The notes under the pieces: generated by a model
The model's input: only the letters and a program-made list of their open reading frames with translations
What the model was told of the DNA's origin: nothing
The model's database searches: none
Assembly (NCBI RefSeq): GCF_004010195.1
Contig: NC_057719.1
Coordinates: 65,413,634-65,477,633, forward strand
Origin: Chiloscyllium plagiosum
Lineage: Eukaryota
Direction: 5' to 3'
Length of the DNA: 64,000 bases
Shown: positions 13,006-27,300 of the stretch, piece after piece
Position numbering within the stretch: position 1 is the stretch's first letter
How the letters are laid out: every line of letters starts with the position of its first letter
Translations under genes and position numbers: made by a program

Positions 13006-13162
13006 TGTAACAAGGTCAGCCAGGTGGATCTCATAAGATATTAGTTCACTGATTGGGGCTGTTTGTGTGATCCAATCAGGGAGCCCTGGCTGACAGACAG
13101 AGTGTCAGACATCCTGTTCATTCGGAGAGCTGGCTCTGTGGAGCTGGATTAGTGTCAAGGTC
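13006..13162 (+). mobile_element. LTR-like fragment
   Basis: Starts TGTAACAAGG and contains an internal inverted ctgattgg/ccaatcag. Occupies the place of the host LINE's missing RT core. Confidence 0.4.
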
Positions 13163-14158
13163 TCCTGTTTGAGCCAAGACTGTAATGAGGTCAGGAGCTG
13201 AGTGGCCTGGCGGAACCCAAACTGGGTGTTACTGAGCAGGTGCTGCTTGATAGCACTGTTGATGACACCTTCCATAAGTTTACTAATAATAGATTGATGG
13301 AGCGATAATTGGCCGGGTTGGAATGGTCCTTCTTTTTGTGTGCATGGCATACCTGGGCAATTTTTCAAATTGTTGGGTAGACGCCAGTGTCTTGGAACAG
13401 CTTGGCTAGGGGCATGGTAAGTTTTGGAGCACAGGTCTTCAATAATATTGCAGGATCCTTAGTCTTTGTTGTATTCAGTGCTTCCAACTGTTTTTTGATA
13501 TCACAGGGAGTGAATTAAATCTGCAGAAGTTTTGCATCTGTGACTGGGGACTTAGGATGAGGCCAAGATAGATCATCCAATTGATAGTTGTGGTTGAAGA
13601 TTGCTGGGAATGCTTCAGCATTATCTTTTCTGCCGATGTGTTGGGCTCTTCCATCATTGTGAATGGAGATATTTGTTGAGTTGCCTCCTCCAGTGAGTTG
13701 GTTAGTTTTCTACAACCATTCACGACTGGATGTGGCAGGCCTACAGATCAGTTGGTTTTGGGATTACCTAGCTCTGTCTATTACTTGCAGCTTATGCTGT
13801 TTGACATGCAATTGGGTCTGTTTTACAGCTTCATCAAGTTGACAACTCCTTTTCATGTTTGCCTAGTGCTGTTCCTGGCAAGCCCTCTGTTGAACTAGGA
13901 TTGATCCCCTCCCTGACATGGTGGTAATGGTAGAGAACAAGATATGTTGGGCCATGAGGTTACAGATTGTGCTGGAGTACAATTCTGCTGCTGTTGATGG
14001 CCCAAAGCACCTCATGGATGCCCAGTTTTGCTAGATCTGTTTGAAGTTTGTCCATTTAGCATGGTGGTAGTGCCACACAACATGATGGAGGGTATTCTCA
14101 ATGTAAAGTCAGGACTTCATCTCCCAAGGTTTGTGCAATGATCACTGTTAGCGATACT

Positions 14159-14325
14159 AAGTGAAAGTGAGGACTGCAGATACTGGAGATTAGAGTCGAG
14201 TGTGTGGTGTTGAAAAAGCATATCAGGGCTTCCTGATGATGGGCCTTTGCCCAAAATGTTGATTTTCCTGCTCCTGGGATGCTGCCTGACTTGCTGTGCT
14301 TTTCCAGCACCACACTCTCAACTCT
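14159..14325. mobile_element. Penelope-derived foldback mini-element (family A) with 15-bp TSD
   Basis: Minus then plus copy of the terminal repeat; CTGATGA at 14233. TSD actgttagcgatact (14144-14158) / actcttaccgatact (14321-14335). Confidence 0.8.
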
Positions 14326-17300
14326 TACCGATACTGTCATGGACAGGTGTATCCACAGCAGGCAGATAGATGAGGATGAGGTCAAATATGTTTCTGTCTT
14401 GTTTGTTCCCTCATCATCTGCAGCAGACCCAGTCTATCAGCAATGTCCTTTAAGACTCAACCACTTTGATCAGTGGTGCTGCTGCCAAGCTACTTTTGCT
14501 GGTGGGCATTGAAATCCCCTGTCAGAGTACATTCTGCATTCTTGCTATCTTTGGTGTTGTTCAACATGGAGGACCCATAAAGCTATTAGCTGAGAGAGAA
14601 TAATACATGGTAATCAGCTAGTAACCTACCTTTACTCTCAGTCCCTGGGATCAACCCTGGATCATTGAAGAGTGCAGGAGGGCATGCCAGGAGAAGCATC
14701 AGACATGCATCAAAACGAATTATCAATTTGGTGAAGCTTTCAAACAGGATAACTTGCATGTTTGATCAGGTGCTACAATGCTTCATTGATTCTGGAGTCA
14801 ATGTTGAGGAGTCCCAGTGAAACTGCCTCCTGACTGTGCTGCCACCTCTACTGGGTATGTCCTGCTGGTGGTAACAGGACACATCCAACAGGACATATTC
14901 AGGGATGGTGATGCTGGTGTCTGGGAGATTGTCAGCTATCATTCTGCATGTCTACATCAAGCTGTTGCTTTACTAATTTGTGAGGCAGCTCTCCAAGTTT
15001 GGGCAATAACTTCAGATGTTAGTAAGGATGACTTTACAGGGTCAACAGGGCTGTTTCTTACATTGTCGTTTCTGGTGCCTAAGTTGATTTGTGGTAGTCC
15101 ATTTGGTTTCTTGTTTTTTGAGACTTTCCAGTGATTGTTAAGTGGCTTTTTGAGCCATTTCAGAGAGCAGTTGAGAGTCAGCCACAATGCTATGGGACTG
15201 ATGTCTCGCATAGGCCAGAGCAGGTAAGGACAGCAGTCTCCTTCCCGAAAGTGCATTCATGACTCAGATTCCAACAATTCACAATGGTTTCATTGTCATC
15301 ATTAGACTCTTAATTCCACTCTTTTATTGAATTGAAATTCCTTCTGACATTGATTCAAATTTGGATCCCCAGATCACTACCTGCATCTCCAGAATAATAG
15401 TTTAGTGATAATGCCACTAAGCCATTGCATTGCTAATATGGGATATTGGAAGAATGCCCCATGAACAGAATGTTATCAATTCAATCTCTTTGTCCAGATA
15501 CACTGGTGACTTGTGGCTGACTGATGTTAAAAACAAAACATAACACTGATCTGATGTCATAATTGGCCTCTTCCAGTCCTCTCTCCAACCTAGTCTTTGT
15601 ATCATTTCCACCACAACATTGAGCAAAGGAAAACTGCTGCATATTTTGATTTTCCAACAATAAATATGTTTCTGTCCAATAATTATAATAAGCTCACAAT
15701 GAATGAAACCATTCAGTACTTTGAGTACTTTCATAAGCATTTGCCTCAAAGGAAAAGTAAAAATTGCAGGTATTTAACCAACGTTGGAGCAGAATATGAG
15801 CCAAAATATTCCAAATACTCATCCTTTTGCTCTATTCAGTATTTCCTTTAGTCAAATAAATAGCTTGATGTTTAAAAGGCCTTTTTTTATCTGAAATGTT
15901 CAGAGAAAATCTGTTTCAGTAATGGAAAGATATAAGAAAAACAACCTTACTAAAATCACTTTTACAGCAAGAGCAGCCTTGTATAAAATATGCTATTTTT
16001 CTTATCAAGTTTCATGCATTTGGGTCATGAATAGGAAATCTTTCGTACTTAATAAAAGAGGAATTCAAAAGTTTTTCCTTTAGCTGACACATTGGGTAAC
16101 TGAGGGATATGGAGATAAAACAAGGAAGTAGACTTGAGGGCAGCATTGACACATTCACCTATTTCTTATCTTCTAGCGTTGTGTAAAATTATCCAGAAGA
16201 TAAAAATGTCCTTATCAAAATTATAGTCAATTCTTATATACTTGGGAAGAATTGATTGAACTGATGGCTTGCTATCATATTCCCTGATCTGCCACCACAA
16301 TTACAGAACATTTTAAAGCATGTAAATCTACTGCACACTTAGAAACTTGTGAAATTATAAACTTCCCCAATTTCTTTTTTTATTAACATCCAACAACGTA
16401 ATTTTTTTTAAAAAACCAGTGTATGAAAGCAGGACAGAACAAAACCAGATATTTTGTACCTGCTGATACGTTCTCTGGAGATTTTGTGTGCAGACACAAT
16501 TTATTTTCTATCTTTCAGTCCGCATTGCTCTGGGATGTGTAAAATTTTCAAAAATATATAGATTCTCAACAATTAGATCTCTCAGTGGATGCCAGAAAAC
16601 TGATGATAATGCCGAGCTGACCTACGATGAACATTTGCAGTATCTACTGCATTAAGATGGTTGAAAGCAAAACACATTCGGGAAACATTTTCAAAATGCA
16701 TGGAATCATTTTCAAAGTCTCTATTGATTGAAACTCTTCCTTGACTTCATTCAGCACTGTGCTGAAGTTATACCTTTGGCTTTTCACAACTAGTCTTAAC
16801 ATCCTAATCCTGAATCTTAACATTAGCAATATTCCGAATCCAATGTTTTGCACCAGGATAAAGCTGCCCTTAGCGATTTGTTACAACTGCTAACAGCCAT
16901 TTTAATTTTTCGTTCATCCTCCATGTTCATACCTTCTCTGCATGCCAGCAGAAAACATTACGAGATGTTTATGAGATGGGATGGAAGTGAACTTTCTCAC
17001 TGGTCCTCCTGGACCTGGAATTAATGTGGGCTGGACTTTGAGGTTCTCACATCCTACGAGCGATCCAGTCTTGCAGGAGTGACCATCTCTGCTTTGAGGA
17101 GAATATGACCCTAACATCATGAATACCATGTATCCACTAAGATGGGAATGAAATTCTGGTCACTAGCAGGCAAACAGCCCTCAAAGAACCTTCAAACCAT
17201 TCCCTCCCTGAGAGAAAAATCATTGAATATCTTCTAGTCTCAGAGTTGCATTGAGTTCTCTGGACTGTCAAACAGATCAGCACTTCTTAATTCAGGGCCA

Positions 17301-17499
17301 CAACATTTATTCCTGAACCTCTCACAAAGATGGGAAGAAGGCTGAGAACACTTACTCAGTTGTCACTTTGTCCAGGCTGCCCTGCATTGAGTTGAAGCTG
17401 CCTATTTATTGCTCTCCCAGCTATTTTCCAAAATAGAACACGTGTGATTGAAACTCTGATAACATACTTGTCACTGTTTCTGTCAAGTTCAACTGGCAA

Positions 17500-19683
17500 C
17501 ATAGTCTCATTGAGTTAGACAGCACAGAAACAGACTCTTCGGACCAGGTAATCCATGTCAATCAGATATCCTAACGTAATCTAGTCCCATTTGCCAGCAT
17601 TTTGCCCATATTCCTCTAAACCCTTCCTATTTATATACCCATCCAGATGCCTTTTAAATGTTATAATTATACCAGCCTCCACCACTCCTGCTAGCAGCCT
17701 ATTCCATACATGCACCACCCTCTGCTTGAAAAAGTAGCCCCTTAAGTCCATTTTATAGCTTGTGCCCCCCTCCCCTTAAACCTAGGCCCTCTACTTTTGG
17801 ACTCATCTACCCTGGGGGAAAGCCCTTGGCTACTCACTGTATCCATGCCTCTTTTGGTTTACAAACATCTATAAGGTCACCCCTCAGTCTCCGACGCTCC
17901 AGGGAAAACAGCCCCAGCCTAGTCAGCCTCTCCCTATAGCTCAAACCCTCCAATCCTGGCAACATTCTTGTAAATCTTTTCTGAACCCCTTCAAGTTTCA
18001 CAACATCCTTCCTATAGCAGGGAGAGCAGAATTGCACGCAATATTCCAAAAGTGGCCTAATCAATGTCCTGTACGGCTGCAACATGGCCTCTCAACTCCT
18101 GTACTCAATCCTCTGACCAATAAAGGAAAGCATACCAAATACCTTCTTCACTATCCTATCTACCCGTGACTCCACTTTCAAGGAAATATGAACCTGCACT
18201 CCAAGGTCTCTTTGTTCAGCAACACTCCCTAGGACCTTACCATTAAGTGCATAAGTCCCACTCTGATTTGCCTTTCCAAAATGCAGCACCTCGCATTCAT
18301 CTAAGTCAAACTCCATCTGCCACTCCTCAGCCCATCAGCCCATATGATCAAGATCCCATTGTAACCTGAGGCAATCTTCTTCGCTGTCCAATATTGGTGT
18401 CATTTGCAAACTTACTAACCATACCTCCTATGTTCACATCCAAATCAATTACATAAATAATGAATAGCAGGGGACCCAGCACAGATCCTTGTGGCACTCC
18501 ACTGGTCACAGGCCTCCAGTCTGAAAAGCAACCCTCCACCACCACCCTCTGTCTTCTACCTTCGAGCCAGTTCTGTATATAAATGTTCTCCCTGTATTCT
18601 GTGTGATCTAACCTTGCTAACTAGTGTACCATGAGGAACCTTGTCAAATGCCATTCTGAAGTCCATATAGATCACGTCCACCACTCTGGCCTCATCAATC
18701 CTTTTTGTCACTTCTTCAAAAAACTCAATCAAGTTCATGAGACATGATTTCCCACACACAAAGCCATGTTGACTGCCCCAATCGGTCCTTGCCTTTCCAA
18801 ATACATATAAATCATGTCCCTCAGGATTCCCTCCAACAACTGGCCCTCTACCGACATCAGGCTCACCAGTCTACAGTTCCCTCGCTTTTCCTTATCACCT
18901 TTCTGAAATAGTGGCACCACTTTAGCCAAACTCCAGTCTTCCGGCACCACGAAATTCTAGGGTGCTGGGGATTTAACCATATTTATGCTTTTTAAGACGT
19001 CCAGCATCTGTAATGTGGACATTTTTCTAGTTTTCATATTCCTCTCTACAGTGAGCACTGATGCAAAATACTCACACATCTGTGGCCTTGCTGATCTTTA
19101 AGGGACCCTAGTCCCTCCCAGGTGGTCTTTAGTCCTTAAAGTATTTGTAGAATCCCTTTGGATGCTCCTTAACTCCATTTGCCAAAGGTATCTTATGCCC
19201 CCTTTTTGCCCTCCTAATTTCCCTCTTAAGTATATGCCTATTATCTTTATACTCTTCTAGGGATTCACTCAAGCTCTTTGGTCTATACCTGACATATATT
19301 TCCTTCTTTCTCTTGAACAAAACCTCAACTTCTCTAGTCATCGTGCATTCCCTACACCAACCAGTTTTGCCCTTTACCCTTAGAGCAACATACAGTCTCT
19401 GGACTTTTGTTATCTCCTTTTTGAAGGCTTCCCATTTTCCAGCCATTCTTTTACTTATGAAAGTCTGCCCCCAATTAATTTTTGAAAGATCTTACCTAAT
19501 ATTGTCAAAGGTTGGCCTTTCTCAAATTTAGAACTGTAACTTTTAGATCCGGTCTATCCTTTCCTATCATTAATTAAAACTAATAGAATTATGTTCGCTT
19601 GTCCCAAAGTGCTTCTCCACTGACACCTCAGTTATGTGCCCTGCCTTATTTGCCAAGAGTAAATCCAGTTTTGCTCCTTCTGT
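17500..19683 (-). mobile_element. CR1 LINE ORF2 (end of endonuclease through RT) and 3' UTR, frameshifted
   Basis: ORF fragments [58 protein letters not shown] and RPLLEYCVQF. Confidence 0.95.
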
Positions 19684-19687
19684 GCAT

Positions 19688-22000
19688 TGATTGATTAGTT
19701 GATTGATATTTTTTGTCACGTGTACCATTGTACAGGGAAAAGCTTCGTTTATGAACAGTATAAGTACATCATAGTAAGCAAGATGGACAGATCACAAAGA
19801 CTTAGACAGAGACATACAGGTTACATTGCACAAGATGTGCCCTGGGTGAGATCAGCATTAGCAAGATCAGCATTATTTGAGGCTAGAGAGTCCATTTATC
19901 AGTCTATTACTGGCAGGGAAGAAGCTGTTCCTGAAGCTGCTGGTGCACGTGTCCAGGCTTCTGTATCTTCTGTGTGATGGAAGAGGTTGTAGGAGATGAT
20001 TACTGGGGTATGATGGATCTTTGATGATCTTAGCAGCCTTGCCCAGCAGCAAACTGTGTAAATGGCGCACATTAATGAAAGGTTGGCTTCTGTAATAGTC
20101 TGGGCTGTGCACATAACCTTCTGCAGTTTCTTACGGTCCTGAACAGAGCAGTTGCTGCACCAGGCCCTTATGTATCCGGACAGTATGTCTCAATGGTGGA
20201 TCTGTAGGAGTTGGTGAGGGTCCTTACAGACATGCCAAATTTCCTGAGCCACCTGAGGAAGAAGAGGCATTGTTGTACCTTCTTGACTGACACATCTAGT
20301 TGGCAAGTCCAGGACAGGTTGTTGATTCTGAGGAGCCACTCTGAGAAGTTTAACGCTCTCCACCCTCTCACCCTCAGTTCTGTTGATGTAAATGGGGGTG
20401 TGTTCTTCTCCTTTCTTTCTGAAGTCAATAATCAGTTCTTTCATTTTGCCGACGTTGAGAGAGAGGTTGTTCTCAATGCACCACATCACCAAGCCCTCTA
20501 TCTCCCTTCTGTATTTTGACTCGTCATTGTTAGATATCCGTCCCACTGCAGTGACCTTCAATGAACTTGTAGATAGCATTCATTTGGAATTTGGCAACAG
20601 AGTCGTAGGTGTGCAGGGAGAACAGTAGGGGGCTGAGCATACATCCTTTGGGGGGCTCCAGTGTTGAGTGTTATTGTGGAGGAGGTGCAGTTATCTATCT
20701 TCACTGATTGCAGTCCATTGGTCAGAAAGCTGAGGATCCAGTTGCAGAGGGCGGAGCCAAGACCAAGGTAATGGAGTTTTGAGATCCATCTGGAGGTGAT
20801 TATGGTGTTGAAGATGGAGCTGTAGTCAATGAACAGGAGTCTGATGTAGGTGTCCTTGTTGTTCAGATGTTCCAGGGATGAGTGTAGGACTAGGGATGCG
20901 GCATCTGCAATGGACCTGTTCCATGGGTAAGCAAATTGTCAGGAATCGAGGCAGGCTGGGAGGCTAGAGTTGATGTGGGGCATAACCAGCCTCTCAAAGC
21001 ACGTCATGATGATTGAGGTCAGAGCCATTAGGCAGTAGACATTAAGACATATTGCATGTGCTTTCTCAGCTATGGGAATGATGTTGGTCTTCTTGAAGCA
21101 CATGGGAACTACGGCTTGTAGGTGGGAGAAATTGAAAATGCTGATGAATACCTCCACCAGCTGGTTTACATTGGATCTGAGTGCTCGGCCAGAGACACTG
21201 TCCAGGCCCATCACTTTCCTTAGATTGACTCTCAGGAAGAGCGATCTGCCATCTGCAATGGAGACCAAGGGAACAAGTGTGTCCTGGGCTGTTGGGGTAG
21301 GGGTCACCTCGCCGCTGGCATTCTGTTCAAACAGAGCATAGAAAGCATTCAGCGCATCAGGGAGGGATGTGTCTTTGTCCGCTATCTTGCTTTTGCTTCA
21401 TTTTGTATCCCGTTATGTTGTTCAGGTCTTGCCATAGTTGGTGGGAGTGTGTTTGGTAGGTATGGGCCTCTAACTTGGTCTGGTACTGCCTTTTGGCATC
21501 CCTTCTGGCTTTGCGGAGATCATATCGGAATTTTGTTATTGGTCTGGGTCATCCCGCTTGAATGGTGCCCGTCTAGTCTTCAGCAGGGAGTGAATTTCAA
21601 GGTTCATCCAAGGTATAAGGTTGTGGTACACTCGGATTAACTTCTTTGGTACATAGTCCTCCATGCCTTTGCTAATGAAGTCCATGATGGTAATGGCATA
21701 CTCATCTCAGTTTCCCACTGAGTACTTGAACATGGTTCAGTCCACCAATTCCCAGCAGTTCCAGAGACTGTCTTGGACCAGCATTTTACTTCCTTTTTTG
21801 AAGTATCCTTCCGTTTCAGGCTCTGCTTGTAAGCTGGGAGGAAAAATACAGCACCCTGATCAGTATTGCTGATGTGTGGGTGTGGGATGGAGCAGACGGC
21901 ATCTGTGATGGCTGTATAACAGCAGTCCAGGATGTTCAGTCCTCTGGTGGAGCAGAAGATGTGTTGGTTGGTGCTCTCTTGAAGTTGGCCTGGTTGAAGA
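19688..22000 (-). mobile_element. Rex1/Babar LINE, decayed
   Basis: VGRISNNDESKYRREIEGLVMWCIENNLSLNVGKMKELIIDFRK, QCLFFLRWLRKFGMS, ALTSIIMTCFERLV and TRGLNILDCCYT are Rex1/Babar-type. (tgat)n tail at about 19688-19708. Confidence 0.9.
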
Positions 22001-23514
22001 ATGAAACATAAAAATTTCTTGTACACACTTAATTGATTATGCTGCACATTTTTTCTTTCCTCCTCCTCACTGACATAGCATCTACCATGTTCACTCACCC
22101 CAACCTCACTCTGTCTTTAATTGGTTATTGAAATGAGTTGATGTCGGGATTTCTGTCGCTATCTGCCTCTGTAACATTTCAGCAGGCACATGCCTGCAAG
22201 CTTAGGCCAAGCTGTTGGAGGCTGCATTTTGAAGTCTCAACATCTTGGCTCATAATCTAAAAATTGTTCAAGATATTCAAGATATTGGAGGATTTCCACG
22301 ATCCATTAAGCTGAAATTTCATAAACAAGAAAAATAAACAAGAAAAGTAATCAAGAGAAGAAAAAGAAATTAAAATGATAGTATTGACCTCACAAGTGCT
22401 GAACATTATGTTCTAGGTCCTATCTCAGCATTCTGAATATATGCTAATGTTATCTGTTCAGGTGGACTCCACATTGGATGGAATACTATTGATTTTAATT
22501 TGCAAACCATCCATAGGGAAACAGACTGCAAAGTATAATGCTTCAAACCTTGGGCTGAAATAACTCAGTCAAAGAAAGGATATTATAACCAGGAATTTTT
22601 CATTCTAAAGCCAAGTGAAAAATAAGGACACATGTTCCTCATAAAATAATACATATTAGAGTAATGGGTGTAACAGTTCAGGTCTGACGAATTTCAACAT
22701 GTGAAAAGATTACCGTTCACCTTTATTCATTGCAAGGAGAGCTTTGGGTGGTGTAGGAAAATGAGATGGTGAGGTGTTTAAGTATTGTAGAGCAAATATG
22801 ATTAAACCACCAACGTATATTTCTCAACCCAATCTGTAAGGTATGTGTTACAGGGTATTAAAATTACAAAGCCAGGAAGTGCGTACAATTGGAATTTTTT
22901 CAGTCAGTGTCCAGCAGTGGTCAATAACAGGAAAATAGTGGATGCCAAAAGACCCACATATTGCAATTCTCAGGTGGACTTTTTAATGGATGTCCATTAG
23001 TCCAGTCTGAAACAGGCTTCTTGAATATACATTTCAAAACAAAAAGTCAGGGCTCAATGCAGATTGTAGGACCATACCTGCAATATGCAAACAGAAAGAA
23101 TAATCACAACAGGAGTTGAACAGCTGAAGCAGCTGTCCTTAACTGGACCTTTGAAGGCCGTGCCTGAAATAGGCTATAACTCGAACATAGGGGTTATAGG
23201 AGTGAGCGTGCTGGATTTCCTACCTTTGATTCTAAACTGCCTTATCCAGTGGTAATCTAGAGCTGGGCAGCTTACCAACTGTGTTCTGTCCTGGCACTAG
23301 ATTCATCAGATGTTTGCTGTTTACTGACATTGCTTCTTTATAGGGCAAACGTTTAAGCTCACTGCTTTATCTCTTTCTGTGGTGACAAACTGAAGTAGTG
23401 GAATCTCTTAGAAGTCAAAGTGCTTCATTGTAACTGTATCTAAATCATGGACAAATGCCATTGGAAGCATTCAATTTTTTCACCTATTTTCCATATTTGT
23501 AGTCTGCTCTCTCT

Positions 23515-24060
23515 CTAAGGGTAAGGAGGTTATGATGGAACTGCATAAGTCATTAGGCCACAGGTGGAGTACTTTGTGTACAGGTCACCTCATTATAAGA
23601 AGGATGAAATTGCACTGGAAAGGGTGCAGAGGAGATTTACCAGGATGTGGTCCAGTTTGGAGTGTTTCAGCTATGATGGGAGATCACTGAGATGGGACCT
23701 AACTGAAGTCTACTAAATTATGAAGCACATAGATAGGTTAGATAGGAAGAAATGTTCTCCTTAGTAGAGGGAACAATAATCAGGGGCCGCAGGTTTGTGC
23801 TGAAGGCAAGAAGGTACGAGGGGATTGAAGGAAGATTTTTTTTCCATACAAAGAACGGGGGTTGATTGGAACTCACTGCCTGAAAGAGTGGTAGAGGTGG
23901 GAACCATCACAAAATTTAAGAAGATTTTAGATGAATGATATATGCAGTAGCATATATGGCTTTGTGCCAAATGCTGAAACATGTGACTCAAGTAGATCGG
24001 TGCTTGATAACTGGCAAGGATATAATGGGCCTCTTTACATGCTGTACAACTCTTTGATTA
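23515..24060 (+). mobile_element. CR1 LINE 3' fragment, diverged
   Basis: gcactggaaagggtgcagaggagatttaccaggatg (LExVQRRFTRM) and tggaactcactgcctgaaagagtggtagagg. Confidence 0.85.
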
Positions 24061-24254
24061 ATCTTTTTTTGGGCATTTGAACAGTGATATCTGTTGAAGA
24101 GAGGGTAGAAACAAGAGAGATTTTGCCATTCAAGTTGATCATAATTGATTTTCTATCTGGTCTTGGGACAGATGCAACTTACGTCATCACTGCTTGAGTA
24201 AGTCTAAAATTGGTTACATAATAAATGTTGGTGACAGTGATGAAGCTGTGAATT

Positions 24255-24346
24255 GTGGGACTAGATTGGGTTGAGATATCTGGTTGGCATGGAGGGGTTG
24301 GACCGAAGGGTCTATTTCCATGCTGTACATCTCTATGACTCTATAA
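24255..24346 (+). mobile_element. CR1 3' terminal 90 bp
   Basis: tgggactagatt...ggaccgaagggtctatttccatgctgtacatctctatgactcta. Confidence 0.8.
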
Positions 24347-27300
24347 TACTTTGTAGGCCAGAACCATTTCTGGTTCAAATGAATCAAAAAATTGATCCCA
24401 ATGAATTAGTCAGAAACTTTATTTTCTTGTAATCTAACTTCAGCTCTGAGAAATTTCCAAAGTGGAAAAACACACCATGCTTTTCTTGATTTGCAGCTAT
24501 GCATAAAATATTGTTGTGGTGCCCATAACCACATCAGAACCTCCAATGTGGTTGGCTGTTGTAGAGAGGTTATGATGTTTCTCCAAGCCACATCCCTGCC
24601 CAATGACTCATCAATATGTGTGTAAATTGTGTTGCATGCCATAATTCAAATTGTTCCTTGTTGTTTGTGTGAAGTGGCTTTACACAGTAATTCAAAGCAT
24701 CAACACCATCTTGGTTTTAATGGGCTTTGGGCATGTGCTGGTTGCATGCAAAATAGTTTTTGGATTAGAGATTCCTGAACAATGGCTTAATAACTTCTTA
24801 CAAATGTTGACAAATTCACTGAATTAACATGAATATCACCATGGTTGCTCTGCACATTGCCTCACTGCCAATAAACAATCATCTATCAGCTTTCTTCCTT
24901 CATAAGTTGGGCATGGAATTGACTTTCTGAAAGCCGCAAACACATTGAGCATGACATTCAAAATAACAACTACTTCTCCATGAGTGTGTTTCCTCCAGAA
25001 GCTGGGGGTGTACAGTGCTTATCCATTAATAATCATTCATTATTTAGGAAATCTTTCTCATATTGAGAATCTACTTTTCACTTTTTGAACGACTTTTCTA
25101 AGAGTGCTGCATGCAATGCATATTCTCAGTCATGCCAACATGTAACTCCTTTAAATTCTAAAAGAATTGCAGTTCTTTGCACCTGGCACCAGCCTCTTTA
25201 TGGTGTGAACTTAGACCTATTGACATGACACACAGAGGCTGAGAATGCAGCTCATGTGAGAGAATTAAAAGTACTGGGGACCCTTAGCACCTCTCTTGAT
25301 AGTCAATTCAGTTTCAAACTCTTAATGATCAAATATAATGTCTACAAGTTTATATATGATATGCCACTCTTTTAAGATATTTTCTTTGTTAATAATAGAT
25401 ATTAATGAGGCTCTACTAGGTCTTGAAACCAACAAGCATATTTAAAGCTAATTGATAGTCGCTGGTTTACATTAAATGGTTTGAAGAAGTACTTTATCAT
25501 CAGGAGGTCCTCTGTTGGGAAGTTCAGAAACATAATTAGTTCTGTGTCAGAGGTGGTTGCTTGTCAAATATGTCTGACACTCAGCCTGCACTTGTGGCCT
25601 CAGTGTGCAGAAAGGAAATGGGAACAGACAGAATTTCATTATCTTTAGTCTACAAATATTAGGAGCCTGTTGTTGCTACTGAAACAGGATAAAGTAGATA
25701 TTCTTTACATTTTTCATTAAAATGGCCATTTTTTAACCCTCTCTACAATAAAGTACCTTCAATATTGACTTAAGCAGAATTCTTATGCTGCTATGTAACT
25801 TTGAAGGTCAAGTCCATCAGTCATCTAGCCTAACCTCTATTTGGAAAAGTATTGTATCCTAAATCCATTCCCAATCACATCTTCATTCAGTTAGCTAATA
25901 CCTTTAAATCTGGATGACAAAAGGCTGAGTCACAGACATTTTAAAAATATTAATGTTTGACACTTATTTTGGATTTAGTTATATGCTTGTAGTTACATAT
26001 CATACATTTTGAAAAGATATTGGTGTTCTCCTGTGCAACTGTACTTGATAAATATTACAACTTAGGTAAAGCAGCTTTTATACTGTGCTTTCAAACCTCT
26101 GATCATAGCTGTTGGTATCAATCCAAGCAGGCAATAATCCAGTTCCATTACCAGTCTGAAATGTTGCTTGAAAACAAGCATATGGATTAAACTCATACAT
26201 AAAACACTCCCAGTTGCTAAAGTGTCGATGTTTATGGAAAGTAGGTGTCAATATCTTCACTGTCAGAACATTTGAATTAATCCAGATAAATGAAAAATGT
26301 TTTAAAAGGTTCACATTGCACTCAATGAAGTGTTGTATTCAAGCTGTGTGTAACAGTCTCCTTCTGCACATCACACATTATTTAATTCCATGATTAGATC
26401 CTGATATGATATTATAACGGCATTACAATGCAGAACATGTAGTGTATACACAGTCATGGGTAACAGAATAATTTGTTTCAATTGAAGATGATATCTGTTC
26501 TAATGATGGCTATGTAGATTAGTAGATTAGATAGGAAATTACCAAGTTGCATTATATTTCAACTTCAGGTCCCACATAACTTTTATTACTTTTAAAAGTA
26601 AATTTCAAACAAAGCAAGCAAAAATGATGGACAGGGAAAGACCATCTGATTTCAGGCCTACCCCCACATGCTGTTAATGCCTAAAGTATTATTATTGCAT
26701 ATGCAATACACCCCATCACATATGTGGGGAGGCAAAAGAAACCCTGTTTAAAAACCCAAGATGAATTAGGCAATCAAAACTGGAAATATATTTCTCACTA
26801 CTTTCGATGAACACATTTAATCCCGCTGTTTTTTTTCTATGGAATACACAGTTCTGTTAAAATACTGGCCTGTTAGGATGTGCAGCTGGCATTTATCTCA
26901 CCCCGGTAGAAATCCAAGTCTCTGCACTGATTGTCAATTGAAGATGCCAGTAAACTTATGACTGTTAGGTGCTCAACATATGCATATTCATTATGAATCC
27001 TTGCAGACATTTTACTCATCATTTCATTCTGGCATTTAGCAGCACTTTTTTTTAAAAACTCCATCTTCAATTTTGCAAATTTTATAAAATTGTACTGTGA
27101 CTGAATAGAAAAGAATCTCTATTTATTTACTGAAAATCTAAAAACACTTTGAAGAGAGAGGCTGATTCTACCCCAGTATTGAACTACAACCGAAGAAAAA
27201 CTGCACTTCCTCCAATTTTCACTCTATGGGTATAGGTCTATACAATGTTAATGTATGTGACTGTGTGCCTTCCCACATTGTTTAACATTTCCAAGTCTCC

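Larger units (their letters stand above)
11695..15430 (-). mobile_element. Decayed APE-RT LINE (CR1/L2-group, second family) with tRNA-like 5' head; hosts several insertions
   Basis: APE motifs ILTNI...PKLGEL..KLVKQQ (about 14960-15035), GDFNAH (about 14500-14519) and SDH (about 14137-14145). RT start SIISKLMEGVINSAIKQHL...QFGFRQ (13200-13310). Tail near 11700; A box at 15414-15424. Confidence 0.75.

Noticed and set aside
15417..16853. Possible minus-strand coding exons
   Set aside because: The best acceptor near 15890 leads to stops in all three frames, and the ORF peptides are unrecognisable.
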